Part shown: piece after piece, positions 44,640 through 55,700 of the stretch
Layout: each line of letters starts with the position of its first letter
Position numbering within the stretch: position 1 is the first letter of the stretch
DNA from: Atractiella rhizophila
Lineage: Eukaryota
Length of the DNA stretch: 61,081 nt
NCBI GenBank assembly: GCA_021432655.1
Contig: MU271243.1
Coordinates: 6,374 to 67,454 of the forward strand
Direction: 5' to 3'
Program-made: the position numbers and the translations under genes
Notes under the pieces: model-generated
Databases searched by the model: none
What the model was told of the DNA's origin: nothing
Seen by the model: only the letters and a program-made list of their open reading frames with translations

Positions 44640-46900
44640 AGAGATGCACAGATAGCATTGCCATTTTAGGACTCTGTGTTGGGAGGTGTGGAGTGTGGAA
44701 ATTATGTTGCAGGCTCACATCCTCCCGGTGAGTGTCATTGTTATGTTATGCAACACTTGCATGAGCAACAACCTTGGTTCTTCATCCTCAAGCGTTGGGC
44801 TAGTGTTTGTGGGGAATGAAATCTTTGGCACTTGCCCATAGTAGTAAATACTGTCTGGAAGCGGCCATATGTTGGCATACTTAAGCAATAAATTCCTGGT
44901 TATAAGGAGCAGCACTACCTTTGCAATCAGTGATGGGCTTTTAAGGGCTAAGTGCACTGTATTTGCTATTGCCTTCTTTGCTGCTTCCTTGTGCAGGTGT
45001 TCATACACAGCACAATCTACCATGACATTGATGGTTCCCCTGCCTCTCAGCACCATGTGCATCCTTTGCCCAACTGCACTGCTCTGGTCCCACAGTGAAG
45101 TATGGCCTGGCTCAACTGCTCTACAAAATGGCACCAGTGTTGTCATTATGTGAGGCATTGCCAAGCAAGCACTAACGTGTTGGAGTGAGATTTATCCCTC
45201 TAAGACAAAAGATTGATCACTTCAGTGTATTAACAGCGGTACAGTACAAAGATGTCCACATGCTATGAGCCATGCATGAGTATGTTATCATGCAGTTTTC
45301 ATCTAGTGTGGCAGGAGTAACGTACCATGATGTGTGGGTTCTTACAGTTGTTGTGTACAGAAGTCTATCTTGCAAGTGGAAGTTTTGTCACCGTGTGAAA
45401 AGGAGTTAAAATGATTCAGATTCTTCTGTACAAAGCCAGGCTGAGAAAACATGATTTCACCTTTTTTTGAGAGTTACAACTTAAAATGTGAAACCTGTCA
45501 TGATGATTCCCAATTGCAAAATCCTGATTATGTGTAGAACCGGAATATGTGTCCCTTAAGGTGCGGAGAACGTGTTTGGACATCAGAGCTGTCCATCCGC
45601 AGGCTCATTCGAATGCGACCTTCAATTTTCTTCAACCCGAACTTGCATTATTCCCTCAGACTCCAAGCCATATTCTCCCATATTCTCCCATACCGATTTC
45701 TGTGTTCAGCGAACAGACACCTGGATCCAGCAAACTGGTCACCACAAGGGTTTTGCACTCAATTTTGTGGAGATTTGCGCCACATCAGGCTGAAGTGGTC
45801 GACCTCTGACCTCGAACTCAGATATTGTTGTTGAATGCAAAAATGTAGTAATGATTAACAATTCATTTTGAATACAATTTAGGCTGATCCAGTGTCTAAG
45901 TATTAGGGCAAACACTATCTGCGGTCACTGATGGGCGATGCGTCTGTAGTGGAGGTAAACCTAAGAGAATAGTATGGCATGAGAAGACTAACCTGTAGTG
46001 GAGGTAAACCTAAGAGAATACTCTAAGGCCACCACCGCTACAACTCAATGTATATATACATATGTAAAGGCACTGCCATAAACTGTAACATATGTTTCTT
46101 GAAACATGTAAGATAACTAAATCAGGAAGGTAATAGAGGGAATACTCGCTGAGCAGTACTAGTGAGAAAGGATGATAAGGCGAAAATGGGGACAGTGCAG
46201 ACCGGCGAAATGTATAAGGTTTGCTATGCGGCGATTTGTGTGAGAAAGGGGAAAGCGGCGGACAGCGCGGGCATGAGCAAAGCGGCAATGGGTAGACACG
46301 TGATCCTATGACGTGGTGAAGTAGGTCAGGTGACTGCATATAGTGCATTTCGGTAATGCACAGGGGCAAGCCTGATACTAGGAAATGGAATGTGTCTGTC
46401 TCCGAAGCCAAAAAAAATAAACTAAAAGGTATAGGTATGTGGAAACTTGAAATGTAATCACATCTTCCGACATTAATACCCAATGTGTTTTCCTGTTAAG
46501 TAGCTTGAATGTAACGTATGTGATGCTGTTGTTGCCCTGTATAACGTGTATAACGTATTGGATTAACCAATGAGCTAAAATAACTAGTCATTTACCAACA
46601 CTGCAGATTAACCCTTTGTACCCAAGTTCAACGTAACAATGAGTGAACATTAAAAAAGTGGAGCCAAAAATACTTACCTTCATATATCAAAAATACAATT
46701 TGCTATTACTTCACCATTATCCATCACATTTCGGGAGTGGGTAGGGCGAACCCAAGGCTTTAGAGCCAGCTACAATGATGTATGATCTGTAGTAAGAATG
46801 AGCAAATATTAGAAAAAAGTGGAGGACAAAATATGCACCTTATGAACATCAAAACATGGAATTCCCCATTGCTTCACCATTATCCTTCGTATTTAGACGT
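44640..46900 (-). pseudogene. Degenerate, CpG-depleted relic (probably a decayed transposon or gene)
   Basis: Few CpG and abundant TG/CA, broken ORF fragments (44715-45164), remnant splice-like signals and degenerate repeats; no recognisable domain. Confidence 0.35.
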
Positions 46901-46949
46901 GAGTGCGGTAAGTGATGGGACTGAGGGGTAGATTTTACTACATATAATG

Positions 46950-47695
46950 TGTTAGTTATAGTGTGTTGTTTTGGTTACCTGCCTCTCATGACTCGTATGA
47001 GTCATCACTATGCCTGTAGTTTAGTTCTGCCTAGCACTGTTGGTGCTCACTATTGACCACCAACTACGGCTAGGTATGTCTCTCTATACTACACTAATGT
47101 CATTATTGTTGACCACCAACCACTCCTAGCCTTAGATCCTTACATGATAGTGAGAGCTGGTGGCTAGAATTACACTTTGCCACACCCATCACCTTCTCCC
47201 TCCTCCAGACCACATTTTCACACCTCCTGCACTCAAATTTCACTCAATTTTAATGATCAAGACAGATCTGTGATCCTCAGATGTTCCTTTACCACCTCAG
47301 GAGGTGTCTGCTTACTCAGGAACCAAGAAATATCGAAATCTATCCCCTTACCACCCACTTGCTGCCTCAAAACACACTTTGCCACCCTGGCCTCAAACTT
47401 TGACAAATTTGGACGTTATAGGGCTCATTTTGATCGTGAAACACTGCACTACAACTTTACTAGGAATCATCTTGGTCACAAGCGAAAATTTTGAGATAGC
47501 CACTCCATCACCTTCTTCATACCCCCAAAATGCAATTTTCGACTTTTTGAAGACAAATCTGGTCTGATCTGGACAATTTTATCGCCATCGCATTCACAAT
47601 GGGCTATTCTACTATCCTACAACAGATCATCTTGATCAGAAGAGTCAAAATTTCGAAATTTGCCACTATCACATCATCATCACATCATCCCCTAC
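46950..47695 (+). mobile_element. Family-B copia 5' LTR (about 46950-47144), degenerate PBS and leader, interrupted by element A
   Basis: TGTTAG...CCTTACA followed by TGATAGTGAGAGC (a variant of the element-A PBS). The LTR matches the complement of about 54310-54486, and leader 47576-47694 matches the complement of 59036-59150. Confidence 0.8.
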
Positions 47696-47916
47696 TGTTG
47701 GATTAGGTGTTATATTTTGTGGTCTTGTGTTGTGTGGTCAGCCATCTTTGTTGTGTTGGCTTCATTTCGGAATTTTAGCCCCCTAGGGGGCAGTTTAGGC
47801 GGTCATCATCTTTCACCGCCAATCTCTGTCCCCTAGGTATGTGTTTCCCTATCAATGTCATCATCTTTGACCACCAATCTCTGTCCCCTAGCTCCATCCA
47901 GCATCAGATTCTCTCA
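47696..47916 (+). repeat. 5' LTR of element A (221 bp, TG...CA)
   Basis: TGTTGGATTAGG...TTCTCTCA; homologous to 57800-58019 and to the reversed copies at 54797-55014 and 55816-56022. Confidence 0.93.
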
Positions 47917-47929
47917 TGGTAGCGAGAGC
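47917..47929 (+). promoter_or_regulatory. Primer-binding site (probably initiator tRNA-Met type)
   Basis: TGGTAGCGAGAGC directly after the LTR's terminal CA; TGGTAGC complements the GCUACCA 3' end of many initiator tRNAs. Confidence 0.7.
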
Positions 47930-48103
47930 GGTGGCTAGGGATTGACAGATCAGTTTTGCCACCCACTTGGCTGAAAATTTTGATCACTCAGCCATCCATT
48001 GTCCAATCGGTTTGAAACTTTGGGATCATAAACGAGACCCCCTTACACCTATATCCACCCATTTCTACGAAGATCGGACGATCCAAACTCGAATTTTATC
48101 ACC

Positions 48104-51100
48104 ATGGCTGAAGAAAGTAAAATTTTGATTACCCCCCTTGGAGAGAAGAACTATGGCACCTGGTGCATTGATATGCAGGCGGAATTGATGAGAAAGGGGT
48201 TATGGGAGATAGTCTCTGGAGTAGAGACCAAACCAGAAGGTTTGAAGGAGCAAAAACAGTGGCAAAAGAACAGCTCCAAAGTGGCTGGGATCCTGTTCCT
48301 TAGCCTAGAAGCGACCCAGAAAGCCCATGTGGTCTCTGTCCTTCAAGATCCAGTCAAGATCTGGTCTACCCTTCAAGAAATCCACCAACAGAAGCGCTCC
48401 TCAACTCGTTTCACTGCCCTCAACACCCTCCTTGCCCTCCAGAAGAAGGAAAGCGAATCCCTCATCACCCTGTGTGCCAGAAGCGACCAGCTACTACTGG
48501 ACTTCACCAACACACTGTCCAAGGACTACTCCCTTGATGATTTGAAGGAGGATCTTCAATCCTTCGCCCTCATTCGTTCCTTAGGCCCAGAATATGCCGG
48601 TTTCGTCCAGAACTTAACCCTGATGACATCCACTGACCTCCAATCGATCAAACAAGCATTCTACTCCATCCAAGCCACCAAGAACTCGGAGGAAGCCATC
48701 TCCAACACTCAAATGGCAAATCAGGTGTCCAGCAGCAACAGAGGACGAGGAGGATGGCATCCCAGAGGTGGCAGAGGTGGTGGAAGAGGAGGAACTGGAG
48801 ATTTTTCGCAATCTGTGTGCAACTACTGCCACAGGAAGGGCCACTTCGCCTCCCACTGCCCAGAAACTGCTTCTGGACGCAATAGGATCGAGTTGGAGAA
48901 GTACAGATCGAAGTATGGCAAGCTGGAGGAGGTGAAGGAAGCCAAAGTCGAAGGGGGAAAGCCAGAATTCGCTGGAGAGACAAGTTATGCAGCGGTAGAT
49001 GATACCATTAGTCGCCAGAAAGCTGGGACTGACTGGATTATCGATACAGGAGCAACTTCATCAATGACTCCACATTCCCACTTCTTCAAATCCTATCAAA
49101 AACACGTTGTACCCATCAGAGTTGCGAATGGAGAAGTGATCTGGTCTACTGGGATAGGAGAAGTGGTAATTGAGGCGAAATTGGAGGATAAAAAGTCGAA
49201 GGTCACCATTCACAATGTCCTACACGTCCCCAAATTGTGCAGCAATCTCCTATCTGTTTTCAAGCTCACAATCTTCGAAGGTGTAACTGTGACCATCATT
49301 GGGAGCAGAGTACGCTTCCTCAAGGCCGGAAATCCCTGTTTCACAGCGACAGTTGATCACAGGAGAGGAAGCATGAGTGCCATCATTGATGGAAGAACAC
49401 TCATGGCCTCAGAATCCGTTGCACACGCCTCCACTACCCCTCTAAACGCTTCCCTGTGGCATAGAAGACTTGCCCACTTGAATCATGAAGATATAAAGCG
49501 AATGCTGAAGAAAGGACTCGTGAAGGGAATGATTCTGGACTCAGAAGACGCTCCTGACCCCATCTGTGAGCCCTGCATCGCTGGGAAGCAGCACAGGATC
49601 TACAACAAGGCTGCAGAGAATAGGGAGACGGAAATTTTAGGGAGAATCAGCTCAGATCTTCATGGACCACTCCCAGTTGCTTCAAGAGAAGGATTTCGCT
49701 ATTGGGTGACATTTATAGACGAGGCAACAAATCACTGGACCATTGCCTTTCTGAAGAAGAAGTCAGAAGCCCCGCAGCGCTTTAAGGAGTATAAGGCGAT
49801 GATGGAAACCCTGACTGGAAGGAAGATCAAGAGATTCAGGGAGGACAAAGAAAGGGCCTATTCCTCAAAGGATTTCGATGAATACCTACGAAACCGTGGC
49901 ATCCAGCGCGAGAAAACCATCAGGAACTCTCCCCATCAAAATGAGAGAGCAGAGAGAGCAAACAGGACGATTCAAGAGGGTATGGTGGCGATACTGGAGG
50001 AATCTGGTTTGCCACTATTCCTCTGGCCCCACCTTGCTTCGGCTGTTGTTCACATCAGGAACAGATCCCCCTCTTCCTCCATCAATCACTCAATTCCCAA
50101 CACGAAATTAACAGGAGAACTGGTCGATATTTCGCGTTTTAGAGTCCTAGGCTGCACTGCCTATGTCCAAGTTCAGAAGGACGAAAGAAGCCACAGTCTG
50201 GCATCTCATACACGAAGATGTGCCTTTATAGGTTACTCTCCCAGCGCTAAAGGCTGGGATTTCTGGGATCCAGTATCTAAGAAGGTCTACACACGAGATA
50301 TTGCGAAATTTGACGAAAGGGAAATGCTTTGCAAAGTCAGGAGGGAGGAAAACGCGTTGGAACCGCCTCAGGGACCACTGGACGAGTGGAAAGAACGTCA
50401 GGATCAGGTGGGAGAAAGAAAGAGAGATGGTCCTGCCGTCCTTTTGGATTTTGGTGAAGATGAAGAGGAGGAGGACGTTTTGAAAGGTCAGGGAGAGCGG
50501 GAGAGACTCAGGGTGGAGTCTCCAAATCATTTTGAAGGATTAAGGGACGAAGGAGAAAATCAGGAAGCGGAGCAAGAGAGGGAAGAAGCACCAGACAGGC
50601 CACAGGCTGCTCCAGAGCGGCCAGTAACACCCCCACTACGTCTTGTTCCTCAGAGAGACCCTTGGACTGGACTAATGATGGTGGGAAGACAGACAGAATC
50701 GCCTGATCCTCTCCAAATGACGCCTCCTCATGCTATCCCTGCCCCTGCAGCTCCTCCACCAGTCGAAAGACGCTATCCTGAGCGACAGAGGAGACCACCA
50801 GTCGAGTTCTGGAAGGCACCCAAGCTGCCCCAACCACAGGAGGAGAGCTCTGAAGACGAGTTGGCAATGCTGGCTAAGGATTGTTGGATTATTACAGAGC
50901 CTGAAGCATTGGAGTGTGGTTTTATGGAGGTTACTGAACAGGCCATGGCTACAGGAGCGCAGGATCACATCCCCAAGACATATGCAGAAGCCATGAAGAC
51001 CCCAGAGGCGAAACAATGGCATGAGGCGACGGTCAAGGAGGTTCAAGCACACTTGGACAACAAGAGTTGGGTGCTAGTAAAGCCACCAAAGGGAGCAAAG

Positions 51101-52546
51101 GTCATTGGATCCAGATGGGTGTTTGCTATCAAGAAGAAGTCTGATGGCTCAATTGAGCGTTATAAGGCTAGATTCGTCATCAGGGGCTTCTCCCAACGTC
51201 CTGGCTTCGACTTCTTCGACACCTTTGCATCCACAGTGAAATGGGCCACCCTCAGAACCATCCTTTTGCTTGCCTGTGTCCTAGACATGGAACTGGAGTC
51301 TGTGGACATCTCAACCGCTTTCTTGAACGGAGAAATGGATGCAGAAGTCTATGCCAAGCAGCCAGAAGGTCACCCTCAAGGTCCTCCAGAATACGCTCTC
51401 AAACTCCTCAAAGCAATCTACGGCACCAGGCAAGGAGGACGTCAATGGCAGAAGAAACTGGACAAGGAGCTCGTGTCTATGGGCTTCACCAAAGTCAAGT
51501 GTGACAGCAGTCTCTGGATCTACTCAAATGGCGAAGTCAAGGTGATTGTGCCAGTCTTTGTGGACGATATAACGATTGCTAGCACGTCCAGAAGCGCTGT
51601 GGAGGAGTTCAAGAAGGAGTTGAGCAAGAGATTCAAGCTGAGGGACCTTGGAGCGACAGAATTTTTGCTTGGAGTGAGGATTAGGCGTGATAGGAAGCAG
51701 AAGAAGATGTGGTTGGATCAGGAGCAATACGTTAAGGACCTTCTCTCTCGACAGAAGATGGATAGCTGCAAGCCTGTGCTCACTCCCCTCAGCGTAGGCC
51801 ACGGCTTATCGAAGCAAGACTGTCCTCAGACCAAGGAAGATGAAGAAGAGATGCGAACCATTCCCTACAGTCATGTCGTCGGCTCTCTCATGTACCTTGC
51901 AGTTGCCACACGCCCTGACATCGCCCACACTGTTTCTGTCCTCGGAAAATTCCTCTCCAATCCAGGCAAGAGGCACTGGGAAGCTGCCAAACACCTCATG
52001 CGCTATCTCAAGGGCACTCAAGACATGTGCATCAAGTACTCTGCCACAGATTTTGATATCTCTCAACCATTCAAGGCATATTGTGATGCAGACTTTGCGG
52101 GTTGCAAGGATACTGGCCGGTCCACTGGAGGATACCTCTTAACTGTCGGAGGAGGAGCAGTTAGTTGGAGTAGCAAGTTGCAGTCTCTGGTGGCACTCTC
52201 AACCACAGAGGCAGAGTACATCTCAGGGGTATCAGCAGGACAAGAGGTGGTTTGGCTCAGAAGTCTTCTGCAAGAGATTGGCTTCGCTCCAAAAGGTTCG
52301 ACAACACTTTTCACGGACAGCAACAGCGCTTTGCAAGTCAGCAAGAATCCTGAGCACCATGGACGCATGAAGCACTTGGATCTTCGTTTCTACTGGCTCA
52401 GGGACACAGTAGAATCTGGACTCATCACCCCAGTCTTCTGCCCTGGCGAGTCTATGCCTGCAGACCTCCTCACCAAGGCTCTACCGGTTGCTGGAGTTGT
52501 AAAATTTCGAGAAATGATGGGTCTGCGCCCCTACCCAAGTGTATGA
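48104..52546 (+). CDS. Copia Gag-Pol polyprotein, 1480 aa (Gag, zinc knuckle, PR, IN, RT, RNase H)
   Basis: CNYCHRKGHFASHC; WIIDTGATSSM; LWHRRLAH...CEPC; SDLHGP...ERANR; RYKARFVIRGFSQ; VFVDD; YCDADFAG, STTEAEY, MPADLLTKAL. Integrase precedes RT, the copia order. Confidence 0.98.
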   Translation: MAEESKILITPLGEKNYGTWCIDMQAELMRKGLWEIVSGVETKPEGLKEQKQWQKNSSKVAGILFLSLEATQKAHVVSVLQDPVKIWSTLQEIHQQKRSSTRFTALNTLLALQKKESESLITLCARSDQLLLDFTNTLSKDYSLDDLKEDLQSFALIRSLGPEYAGFVQNLTLMTSTDLQSIKQAFYSIQATKNSEEAISNTQMANQVSSSNRGRGGWHPRGGRGGGRGGTGDFSQSVCNYCHRKGHFASHCPETASGRNRIELEKYRSKYGKLEEVKEAKVEGGKPEFAGETSYAAVDDTISRQKAGTDWIIDTGATSSMTPHSHFFKSYQKHVVPIRVANGEVIWSTGIGEVVIEAKLEDKKSKVTIHNVLHVPKLCSNLLSVFKLTIFEGVTVTIIGSRVRFLKAGNPCFTATVDHRRGSMSAIIDGRTLMASESVAHASTTPLNASLWHRRLAHLNHEDIKRMLKKGLVKGMILDSEDAPDPICEPCIAGKQHRIYNKAAENRETEILGRISSDLHGPLPVASREGFRYWVTFIDEATNHWTIAFLKKKSEAPQRFKEYKAMMETLTGRKIKRFREDKERAYSSKDFDEYLRNRGIQREKTIRNSPHQNERAERANRTIQEGMVAILEESGLPLFLWPHLASAVVHIRNRSPSSSINHSIPNTKLTGELVDISRFRVLGCTAYVQVQKDERSHSLASHTRRCAFIGYSPSAKGWDFWDPVSKKVYTRDIAKFDEREMLCKVRREENALEPPQGPLDEWKERQDQVGERKRDGPAVLLDFGEDEEEEDVLKGQGERERLRVESPNHFEGLRDEGENQEAEQEREEAPDRPQAAPERPVTPPLRLVPQRDPWTGLMMVGRQTESPDPLQMTPPHAIPAPAAPPPVERRYPERQRRPPVEFWKAPKLPQPQEESSEDELAMLAKDCWIITEPEALECGFMEVTEQAMATGAQDHIPKTYAEAMKTPEAKQWHEATVKEVQAHLDNKSWVLVKPPKGAKVIGSRWVFAIKKKSDGSIERYKARFVIRGFSQRPGFDFFDTFASTVKWATLRTILLLACVLDMELESVDISTAFLNGEMDAEVYAKQPEGHPQGPPEYALKLLKAIYGTRQGGRQWQKKLDKELVSMGFTKVKCDSSLWIYSNGEVKVIVPVFVDDITIASTSRSAVEEFKKELSKRFKLRDLGATEFLLGVRIRRDRKQKKMWLDQEQYVKDLLSRQKMDSCKPVLTPLSVGHGLSKQDCPQTKEDEEEMRTIPYSHVVGSLMYLAVATRPDIAHTVSVLGKFLSNPGKRHWEAAKHLMRYLKGTQDMCIKYSATDFDISQPFKAYCDADFAGCKDTGRSTGGYLLTVGGGAVSWSSKLQSLVALSTTEAEYISGVSAGQEVVWLRSLLQEIGFAPKGSTTLFTDSNSALQVSKNPEHHGRMKHLDLRFYWLRDTVESGLITPVFCPGESMPADLLTKALPVAGVVKFREMMGLRPYPSV

Positions 52547-52784
52547 GGCAGTTATGGGGCGCAATAAAACTCTGTCCTCCTTCTGGGGGTTATAAGACGC
52601 CGCTCTAAACGGTACGAGGATCTCTCTACTGGTTTTAGGCAGTCAACTAATATGTTTTCTTTTTGCCATGCTATTTCATGCTGTCTTTATTCGGTGGGAC
52701 CTTTGTTCGGTGGCTATCTTGGATGGTTCTTGGATTTGGTGGGAGCCTCAAGAGGTGGCTGCCCAGGTGGGAGTGTTGGATTAG

Positions 52785-55700
52785 CACAGAACCTGTACCT
52801 CAACCTCAGTCACCTATAGAGATGCCGTAAGGAGTTGCCGCTATACCTACGTCTCCAGATACGTGTTGTTGGTCTTCCAGTAGGTGTCCCAGGAGGTCTC
52901 ATGCAAGAGTTCAATTAGTTCCGATAGATACCGTGTTCCGTTCCTCCTGCAGTTACCGTCTTCTTTGAGCTATTCCTTGAACAGCTATACCCTAAATTGT
53001 TCTAGTTCTCGCTGAGATCAGACACCTAAATGAGCTTCCCCCTGTAGTTTCATGAACAGGGCCAGAAACACCTACTATAATGCTAGCGATCGTGTAGTTT
53101 CCCACGACATCTCCTGAAGTTCTCCCTCAATCCCTTCGCTAAGTTTGAGTCTCTGGAACTTGGTTGCCAATTTAGGATGTACCCCAAGCATAATCCTCTC
53201 TATCTTTCGCTTGTTACTACACCAACCTGAGTTGTTGTCATCCAATTCCTGGAGGGATCTTGCGTTTGATCTACCTGGTAACGTTGGGACTGGTGGTTGA
53301 GGAGAGTTGGATCCTGTGCACAAAAGGAGTCGTTCGGATCGTAGAAACTGGTGTTTGTTTCCTTGTTGTTCTTCTTTAGGTCGTAGTTAGGTAGAGTGTC
53401 CGTTGCAGCAACCGAAGGTACTTGGTGAACTGGTAGAAGGTTCAATCCAAGAGGTAGTATAGCGAGTACGTCAGGTATTCCGGAACCTTTCATGGAGACT
53501 GATTGAGGACTCCTTTCGTTAACAGGTTACCAAACAACGGAGCAGATATTTGCAGTGGGTTATCGCTTTAGGAAGAGAACTTCGTTGACCCTCGCCAGGT
53601 ACTTCTAGACTCGAGTAGGAAGGATTTTAAAGGCAGAGGGATAAGAGACGTCGGAACAACATCTAGGATACGACGAAGGGTCGCTACGTCCCGAGTGTCT
53701 ACCCCAGTCCTCGCAGAAGACTCAGGTCTTAGTAAGGAAAGTGCTTCGGGAAAGAAGTCGTTCGTGTAATGTAGAAGTCGTAAGTTGACCCGTTCTTAGA
53801 GGACACGGTGTCCCTTCGCAAATCTTCTCATCACCGATGCGTAGGCGTTCCAGGTTTAGGGGAGAAGTTCTGTCGTCCTCGCGAGAGGTCAATAGGTTCT
53901 TAGTACTCGTGAGTACCAGCTTACCTTGTAGACCTGAAGCGAAAATCACCTAGTCCCTACAAGGTCTCTACTCGTTCTAGTCATGAGACGACAGGTCCAC
54001 AGTTATACGGTCGTCTGGAGGAGTGGTTCCGTGAAGGTCATCGGTCGCACCTGTTCAAAACTCAATAGTCTAACGCTGTTGGATGGGTTCACAGACTCCG
54101 TGAATACCCCGCGTTATTTTAAGGAATAGGAGGAGACACCGGAGTATTCTGCGGCGAAGTTCGCCATGGTCCTGGAAAGGTGAAGAGGTAATCGTTTTGA
54201 TTCTACGAAAGTTGCACTATAGCTATTGTAAACTTCTTAACACCACCCTCTCAGTACCTAAATCACCGTCGTAGCTCTTCGACGGGTCGTCAGGGTCGAT
54301 CAACACCGCTGATTACCAAGTAGATGGCGAGTACTGAGCATACTGAGGTCAGTTGATACCGAAAAGACGGATCCTGACAACCCGATAATAAGTGGGGTTG
54401 GTCGAAGGTCATGCAGCTAGATATGAAGAGGTTACACGAATAACGCTGGTGTTGGTCGAGGATCGTCACCTCTCACGGGAAAATGTGACTAGTGTGTGAC
54501 TCTTTTTAGAGCACGGAGGAGCAGGTGGACACGGTGTTCTCTGTGGTTGGAGGACTAGGTCGACTGACGAGGAGGACGGTTACTCACACTTCTCCATAGG
54601 AGGCTCATCTGGACGGTCACGGAACCTAGACGTTTCAGGTCTTGTTATACGGAACTTACCGACTCTCTAGTCAGCTTCAGTACTCCGTCTATATGAGCTA
54701 CGTGTAAGACCCGGAACCTCTACTCTCGTCTTCCTCAAACCGTCGAAGGAGTCACTGAGAACGTTCCTACCTTTCCATTAAAAGGCTCCTGTCACAACTC
54801 TCTTAGACTACGACCTACCTCGATCCCCTGTCTCTAACCACCAGTTTCTACTAATATAACTATCCTTTTGTGTATGGATCCCCTGTCTCTAACCACCAGT
54901 TTCTACTACTGGCGGATTTGACGGGGGATCCCCCGATTTTGAGGCTTCACTTCGTTTGTTTTGTCTCCACCGACTGGTGTGTTTGTATTGTCTTTATATA
55001 GTGGATTAGGTTGTGAGGGTGGACCGGTCGGCGGAGAACTTCGAGGGTGGTTTAAGCACTTGGTAGTTCTTATTGGTAGGTTACTTCGAGGGTGGCTTAC
55101 TTCCGTAGTACTTCACTGTAGTATGTTTCTTTTGTATAATCAATTTACAGATTTTGGTCATCTGTCTAGGAGCATGGCGAATTTCGCCGCAGAATATTGG
55201 GGGTCTTCCTCCTGTCTCAAACTAACGCGGGGTATTGACGAAGTATGTGAACCCAGTCCCCGCGTCTGGTTAGTAAAGAGCCCTAAAATATTGAGGTCGT
55301 TGGTTTCCGGAACTACTCCTCCAGACGTCGTTATCTGAGCGGTCCCGTCTTCCGACCCGACTACTCAGGTCTAAGATGACACAGGGACTCGGTCATCTTC
55401 GCTTCTAGGTCCACGAAGTACGCAGGTACCACGAGTCCTAAGAACGACTGAACGTTTCGCGACAACGATAGGCACTTCGTTCACAACAGCTTGGAAAACC
55501 TCGCTTCGGTTAGAGAACGTCTTCTGAAGAGTCGGTTTGGTGGAGAACAGGACGACTATGGGGACTCTACATGAGACGGAGGCACCAACTCTCACGGTGG
55601 TCTCTGACGTTGAACGATAGAGGTTGATTTACGTTCTCAATTCTTCATAGGAGGTCACCTGGTCGGTCATAGGAAGTTGGGCGTTTCAGACGTAGTGTTA

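Larger units (their letters stand above)
47696..52784 (+). mobile_element. Ty1/copia LTR retrotransposon (family A); only 11 nt of the 3' LTR are in normal orientation
   Basis: 5' LTR, PBS, gag-pol ORF, PPT-like AGGTGGGAG (52765-52773), then TGTTGGATTAG (52774-52784). Confidence 0.97.

Noticed and set aside
51550..51575. RT motif FVDD instead of YVDD as an inactivating change
   Set aside because: Shared by all RT copies of both families here, so it is a lineage feature rather than a lesion.
54820..54910. Repeat-spacer pattern (GATCCCCTGTCTCTAACCACCAGTTTCTACTA twice) resembling a CRISPR array
   Set aside because: Only two units, eukaryotic context, no cas genes; it is the reversed internal repeat of LTR-A.
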